In this document: positions 60,609-64,000 of the stretch, piece after piece | Position numbering within the stretch: the stretch's first letter is position 1 | Layout of the letters: every line of letters begins with the position of its first letter | Assembly: GCA_947307175.1 (NCBI GenBank) | Contig: CAMZIK010000001.1 | Coordinates: 21,220-85,219 of the forward strand | Length of the DNA: 64,000 bases | Direction: 5' to 3' | Source of the DNA: an uncultured Clostridia bacterium | GTDB taxonomy: Bacteria > Bacillota > Clostridia > Oscillospirales > Ruminococcaceae | The notes under the pieces: generated by a model | What the model saw: the letters and a program-made list of their open reading frames with translations, nothing else | Told to the model about the DNA's origin: nothing | The model's database searches: none | Made by a program: the position numbers and the translations under genes

Positions 60609-60911
60609 GTGAGCGTAATGAAAAAGACAAAGCGTGCAGCAGTCATACTTGCCTGTGTGCTGTTTTTTGCTATGCTCTTTTCCGTGCTTTTCATCGCCCA
60701 TGAGTCCCAGCACGACTGTTCGGGAAATAACTGCTCTGTCTGCATGAAGATAGAAGCGTGCGAAAACGCCCTGAGAAATATTTCTGGTGCCGTCAGCGCC
60801 GCAGCTGTCCTCGCAGCCGTTAGCTTTGTATTTGTAAAAGCAGTATTGTCCGTGTCTGCCGTCTGCGTGCAGCCCACACCCGTTTCTCTCAAAGTAAAAC
60901 TGTCCGATTAA
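60609..60911 (+). CDS. Small membrane protein with His/Cys metal-binding loop
   Basis: TM-HESQHDCSGNNCSVCMKIEAC-TM. The start could be 60618. Confidence 0.7.
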   Translation: MSVMKKTKRAAVILACVLFFAMLFSVLFIAHESQHDCSGNNCSVCMKIEACENALRNISGAVSAAAVLAAVSFVFVKAVLSVSAVCVQPTPVSLKVKLSD

Positions 60912-60919
60912 GCTGAAAA

Positions 60920-60964
60920 CAAGGGATAAGTCTGCCCTGAAGACAGACTACCCTTGTCTTTTTA
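60920..60964 (+). terminator. Terminator-like hairpin inside the Zn operon
   Basis: ACAAGGG..AGTCTG...CAGACT.CCCTTGT followed by a T-run. Confidence 0.6.
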
Positions 60965-60997
60965 TGCCATTTTTAAATATTCCGGAGGTTTTATATA

Positions 60998-62020
60998 ATG
61001 AAAAGAATTATAACATTACTTACCTGCGTTCTCGTTTTTGCAGGGATATTCACAGGCTGCGGCTCAAGCTCTGCAAGCAGCAAGGACAGCAAGAAGATAA
61101 GCATAGTCACCACCATTTTCCCCGAGTATGACTGGGTCAGAAAAATAGTCGGAGATAAGGAAAAGGATATCGACCTTACTATGCTCATAGACAACGGCGT
61201 TGACCTTCACAGCTACCAGCCATCGACCGATGATATCGTCAGGATCTCAAAGTGCGACATCTTCATCTATGTCGGCGGCGAGTCTGACAAGTGGGTAGAC
61301 GATGCACTCAAGCAGGCATCAAATAAGGATATGACCGTCATCGACCTGCTCGATGTCCTCGGAGATAAGGTCAAGGAGGAAGAGCATAAAGAGGGTATGC
61401 AGCACGAGCATGAAGAAGATGAAGACCACGACCACGACGAAAGCCACGAAGACCACGATCACGACCATGAGGAAGAAGAGAAAGAGACCGACGAGCATGT
61501 ATGGCTTTCTCTGAAAAATGCCGTAACTCTTTGTGAAGCAATAAGCGATAAGATATGCGAAAAGGACGAAGCCAACAAGGATACCTATAAAGCCAATACC
61601 AAGTCCTATGTCGCAGAACTTGAAAAGCTCGATAAGCAGTATAAGGAAACCGTTGACGGCGCAAAGACAAAAACCCTCGTGTTTGCCGACAGATTCCCGT
61701 TCAGGTATCTCGTTGACGACTACGGACTCGACTATTTCGCCGCATTTGCAGGCTGCTCCGCCGAGAGCGAGGCAAGCTTTGAGACCGTAGTGTTCCTTGC
61801 AAAGAAAGTTGACGAGCTTGGCTTGAAGTATATCTTCCAGATCGAAGGCTCAAAAGGCAATATCTCAAAGACCGTCAAGGAAAACACCAAGAGCAAGGAT
61901 CAGGAGATAGTAACTCTCGATTCGCTCCAGTCCGTCACCAAAAAGGACGTTGACGGCGGCACAACATATCTTGGCGAAATGGAAAAGAATCTTGAAGTGC
62001 TTAAAAGTGCATTAAAGTAA
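60998..62020 (+). CDS. znuA: Zn ABC substrate-binding lipoprotein with His/acid-rich loop
   Basis: Lipobox FTGC, DLHSYQPS, His-rich loop, DEHVWLS and RFPFRY. Confidence 0.9.
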   Translation: MKRIITLLTCVLVFAGIFTGCGSSSASSKDSKKISIVTTIFPEYDWVRKIVGDKEKDIDLTMLIDNGVDLHSYQPSTDDIVRISKCDIFIYVGGESDKWVDDALKQASNKDMTVIDLLDVLGDKVKEEEHKEGMQHEHEEDEDHDHDESHEDHDHDHEEEEKETDEHVWLSLKNAVTLCEAISDKICEKDEANKDTYKANTKSYVAELEKLDKQYKETVDGAKTKTLVFADRFPFRYLVDDYGLDYFAAFAGCSAESEASFETVVFLAKKVDELGLKYIFQIEGSKGNISKTVKENTKSKDQEIVTLDSLQSVTKKDVDGGTTYLGEMEKNLEVLKSALK

Positions 62021-62031
62021 GAAAGGCTGGT

Positions 62032-62751
62032 TTGAAAATGGCTCTGTTGACCTGCAAGGATCTTTGTATAGGATATGAAGGCAGAGAGATACTCCACGGG
62101 CTGAACTTTTCAGTTGAGCAGGGTGACTATATGTGCATACTCGGCGAAAACGGTTCGGGCAAAAGCACACTGATGAAAACCTTGCTCGGTCTTGTCCCGT
62201 CAATGTCGGGCGAGATAATATTCGGCGACGGACTGCAAAAAGGACAGATAGGCTACCTTCCGCAGCAGACCGATGTACAGAGGGATTTTCCCGCATCGGT
62301 AAAGGAGATAGTGCTTTCGGGCTGTGCAAACAGACTCGGTCTACGTCCGTTCTATTCAAAAGAGCAAAAGCAGCTCGCACAGGAGAATATCGAAAAAATG
62401 GGTCTGACAGAGCTTAAAAACCGCTGCTATCGGGAGCTTTCGGGAGGACAGCAGCAAAGAGTGCTGCTTGCAAGAGCGCTTTGCGCCACGCAGAAAGCGC
62501 TGCTTCTCGATGAGCCTGTTTCAGGTCTTGACCCGAATGCCACCGCCCATATGTACGAGCTTGTCCACAAGCTCAATAAGGAAAGCGGGATAACCATAAT
62601 AATGATCTCCCACGATATACAGGCAGCAATGACCTATGCAGACAGAATACTGCATATCGGCAAGAAAGTCTTTTTCGGCAGCCGTGATGAGTACCTCGCA
62701 AGGCTCGATAAAACAGGCTTTGCACAGCAGGGAGGTGAGGCAGATGCTTGA
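62032..62751 (+). CDS. znuC: Zn ABC ATPase
   Basis: GENGSGKS, LSGGQQQR, LLDEP and ISHD. Confidence 0.9.
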   Translation: MKMALLTCKDLCIGYEGREILHGLNFSVEQGDYMCILGENGSGKSTLMKTLLGLVPSMSGEIIFGDGLQKGQIGYLPQQTDVQRDFPASVKEIVLSGCANRLGLRPFYSKEQKQLAQENIEKMGLTELKNRCYRELSGGQQQRVLLARALCATQKALLLDEPVSGLDPNATAHMYELVHKLNKESGITIIMISHDIQAAMTYADRILHIGKKVFFGSRDEYLARLDKTGFAQQGGEADA

Positions 62752-63601
62752 TGCGTTCGATAAGCTCTATACCTATATAACCGAATTTGCCTTTGTCCGC
62801 TATGCGCTCATCGTCGGCGTGCTGATAGCACTTTGCTCCTCTCTTTTGGGCGTAACTCTGGTGCTCAAGCGCTTTTCGTTCATCGGCGACGGACTTTCAC
62901 ACGTTGCCTTCGGAGCAATGACCATAGCCGCCGTTTTAAAGCTCACCAACGATATGCCGCTGATACTTTGCATAACGATAATCAGCGCCATACTTCTTCT
63001 GCGAACGGGAAAGAACGCAAAGATAAAAGGCGACGCAGCCGTTGCAATGATCTCTGTCAGCGCCCTTGCGATAGGCTACCTGCTCATGAACATCTTTTCA
63101 AGCTCGTCAAACCTTTCGGGCGATGTCTGCACCACGCTCTTCGGCTCGACCTCGATACTCACACTCACCACCACCGAGGTGTGGCTGTGCATAGGTCTTT
63201 CCGCCGTAGTGCTTGCCGTGTTCGTCCTGTTCTATAATAAAGTGTTCTCCGTCACCTTCGATGAGGACTTTGCAAGAGCAACAGGCGTAAAAGCCTCGCT
63301 GTACAATCTTATCCTTGCAGTAGTCATCGCCGTGATAATCGTGCTTGCGATGAACCTTGTCGGCTCGCTGCTCATCTCAGCGCTGGTGATATTCCCTGCG
63401 CTTTCAGCAATGCGTGTTTTCAAAAGCTTCAGGTCAGTAACAGTCTGTTCGGGAGTCCTCTCGGTAGTCTGCACACTGCTTGGAATATGTATCTCAATAG
63501 TCTACGGAACGCCTGTCGGCTCAACGATAGTCGCAGTTGATATGGTCGCTTTCGGAGTGTTTATGGTAATAGGAAAATTCTGCGGGAGGGTAAAGGCATG
63601 A
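62744..63601 (+). CDS. znuB: Zn ABC permease
   Basis: RFSFIGDGLSHVAFG, LFGS and GSLLISALVIFP. ATG at 62744. Confidence 0.9.
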   Translation: MLDAFDKLYTYITEFAFVRYALIVGVLIALCSSLLGVTLVLKRFSFIGDGLSHVAFGAMTIAAVLKLTNDMPLILCITIISAILLLRTGKNAKIKGDAAVAMISVSALAIGYLLMNIFSSSSNLSGDVCTTLFGSTSILTLTTTEVWLCIGLSAVVLAVFVLFYNKVFSVTFDEDFARATGVKASLYNLILAVVIAVIIVLAMNLVGSLLISALVIFPALSAMRVFKSFRSVTVCSGVLSVVCTLLGICISIVYGTPVGSTIVAVDMVAFGVFMVIGKFCGRVKA

Positions 63602-64000
63602 AAAAAGTAATATGTGTTTTGTGCGCAGGTCTGATCTTGGCGCTCACGGGCTGCGGCTCGGACAACAGCACAGGAAACAAGAACGCAAAGAATGTCAAAG
63701 ATGTATTGTCAAGCTCATCAAACTCATCAAATGATACATCGGGCGAAAGCTCATCGTCAGCCGAACCGTCATCTTCTGACGAAACAAAAGCTGAAAGCTC
63801 GTCTTCAAAAGACAGCAAAAGCAAATACGAAAAGATAGATACCGACCTGTCTGCGATGAGTGAAACAATGGCTTATGCACAAGCTGTTAATATGAGTGAA
63901 ACGCCCGAAAAGTTCAAGGATAAGATCGTTAAGGTCAAGGGCTACTTTGCAGTCAGCAACGACAACGGCAATACATATTTTGCCTGTATGCTGACCGATG
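63598..64000 (+). CDS. Lipoprotein of unknown function (truncated at window end)
   Basis: Not in the ORF track. ATGA overlap with znuB; MKKVICVLCAGLILALTGC lipobox, Ser-rich linker, DTDLSAMSETMAYAQAVNM...YFAC. Confidence 0.8.
   Translation, partial: MKKVICVLCAGLILALTGCGSDNSTGNKNAKNVKDVLSSSSNSSNDTSGESSSSAEPSSSDETKAESSSSKDSKSKYEKIDTDLSAMSETMAYAQAVNMSETPEKFKDKIVKVKGYFAVSNDNGNTYFACMLTD

Noticed and set aside
61384-61490. Repetitive GACCAC/GAAGA tract, and Ser-rich repeats at 2820-2885 and 63700-63820
   Set aside because: These are coding low-complexity linkers (His-rich ZnuA loop, lipoprotein Ser linkers), not CRISPR or mobile repeats.

Overview
A 64-kb chromosomal window from a Firmicute. Gene content and style suggest a Ruminococcus/Oscillospiraceae-type anaerobe (inference). 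Bases 1-31.9 kb form a sulfur-acquisition supercluster: a partial LysR, a MetY-like sulfhydrylase, an ECF S-component, an SsuABC/TauABC-type importer, DUF4418 with a MacB-type ABC pair, a GNAT, a LacI regulator, mccB-mccA, a complete group-IV nitrogenase-like set (NifX-NifB-NifH-D-K-NifX, resembling methylthio-alkane reductase Mar), metA, a CymR-like Rrf2, sufCBDSU, a class II GATase, metY-cysK, an IscR-like Rrf2, metF, metE and a second LysR. The rest holds an ABC exporter, Trk/Ktr K+ uptake, a nitrogen-assimilation block (asnB, amtB-PII fusion, GS type III, split glutamate synthase, degenerate GS, pseudo-receiver ANTAR protein, pyrG), a WYL/GyrI/VOC cassette, GH32, an EAL protein and a Zur-Znu operon. 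Top hunt result: four unrelated proteins of the sulfur block (ABC ATPase, LacI regulator, nitrogenase-like Fe protein, Rrf2) end in a Y-x-I-COOH tail, and a fifth (GATase) ends YDAMHI. These resemble the CysE/CymR peptide that docks in the CysK active site, suggesting a CysK/O-acetylserine-controlled hub acting on transport, transcription and a nitrogenase-like enzyme. Also notable: a repeated 16-bp LacI-type operator at identical, activator-like spacing before two promoters, and a catalytically degenerate glutamine synthetase paired with an ANTAR antiterminator and its RNA hairpin/terminator targets. All alignments and motif calls were made by eye; no searches were run.
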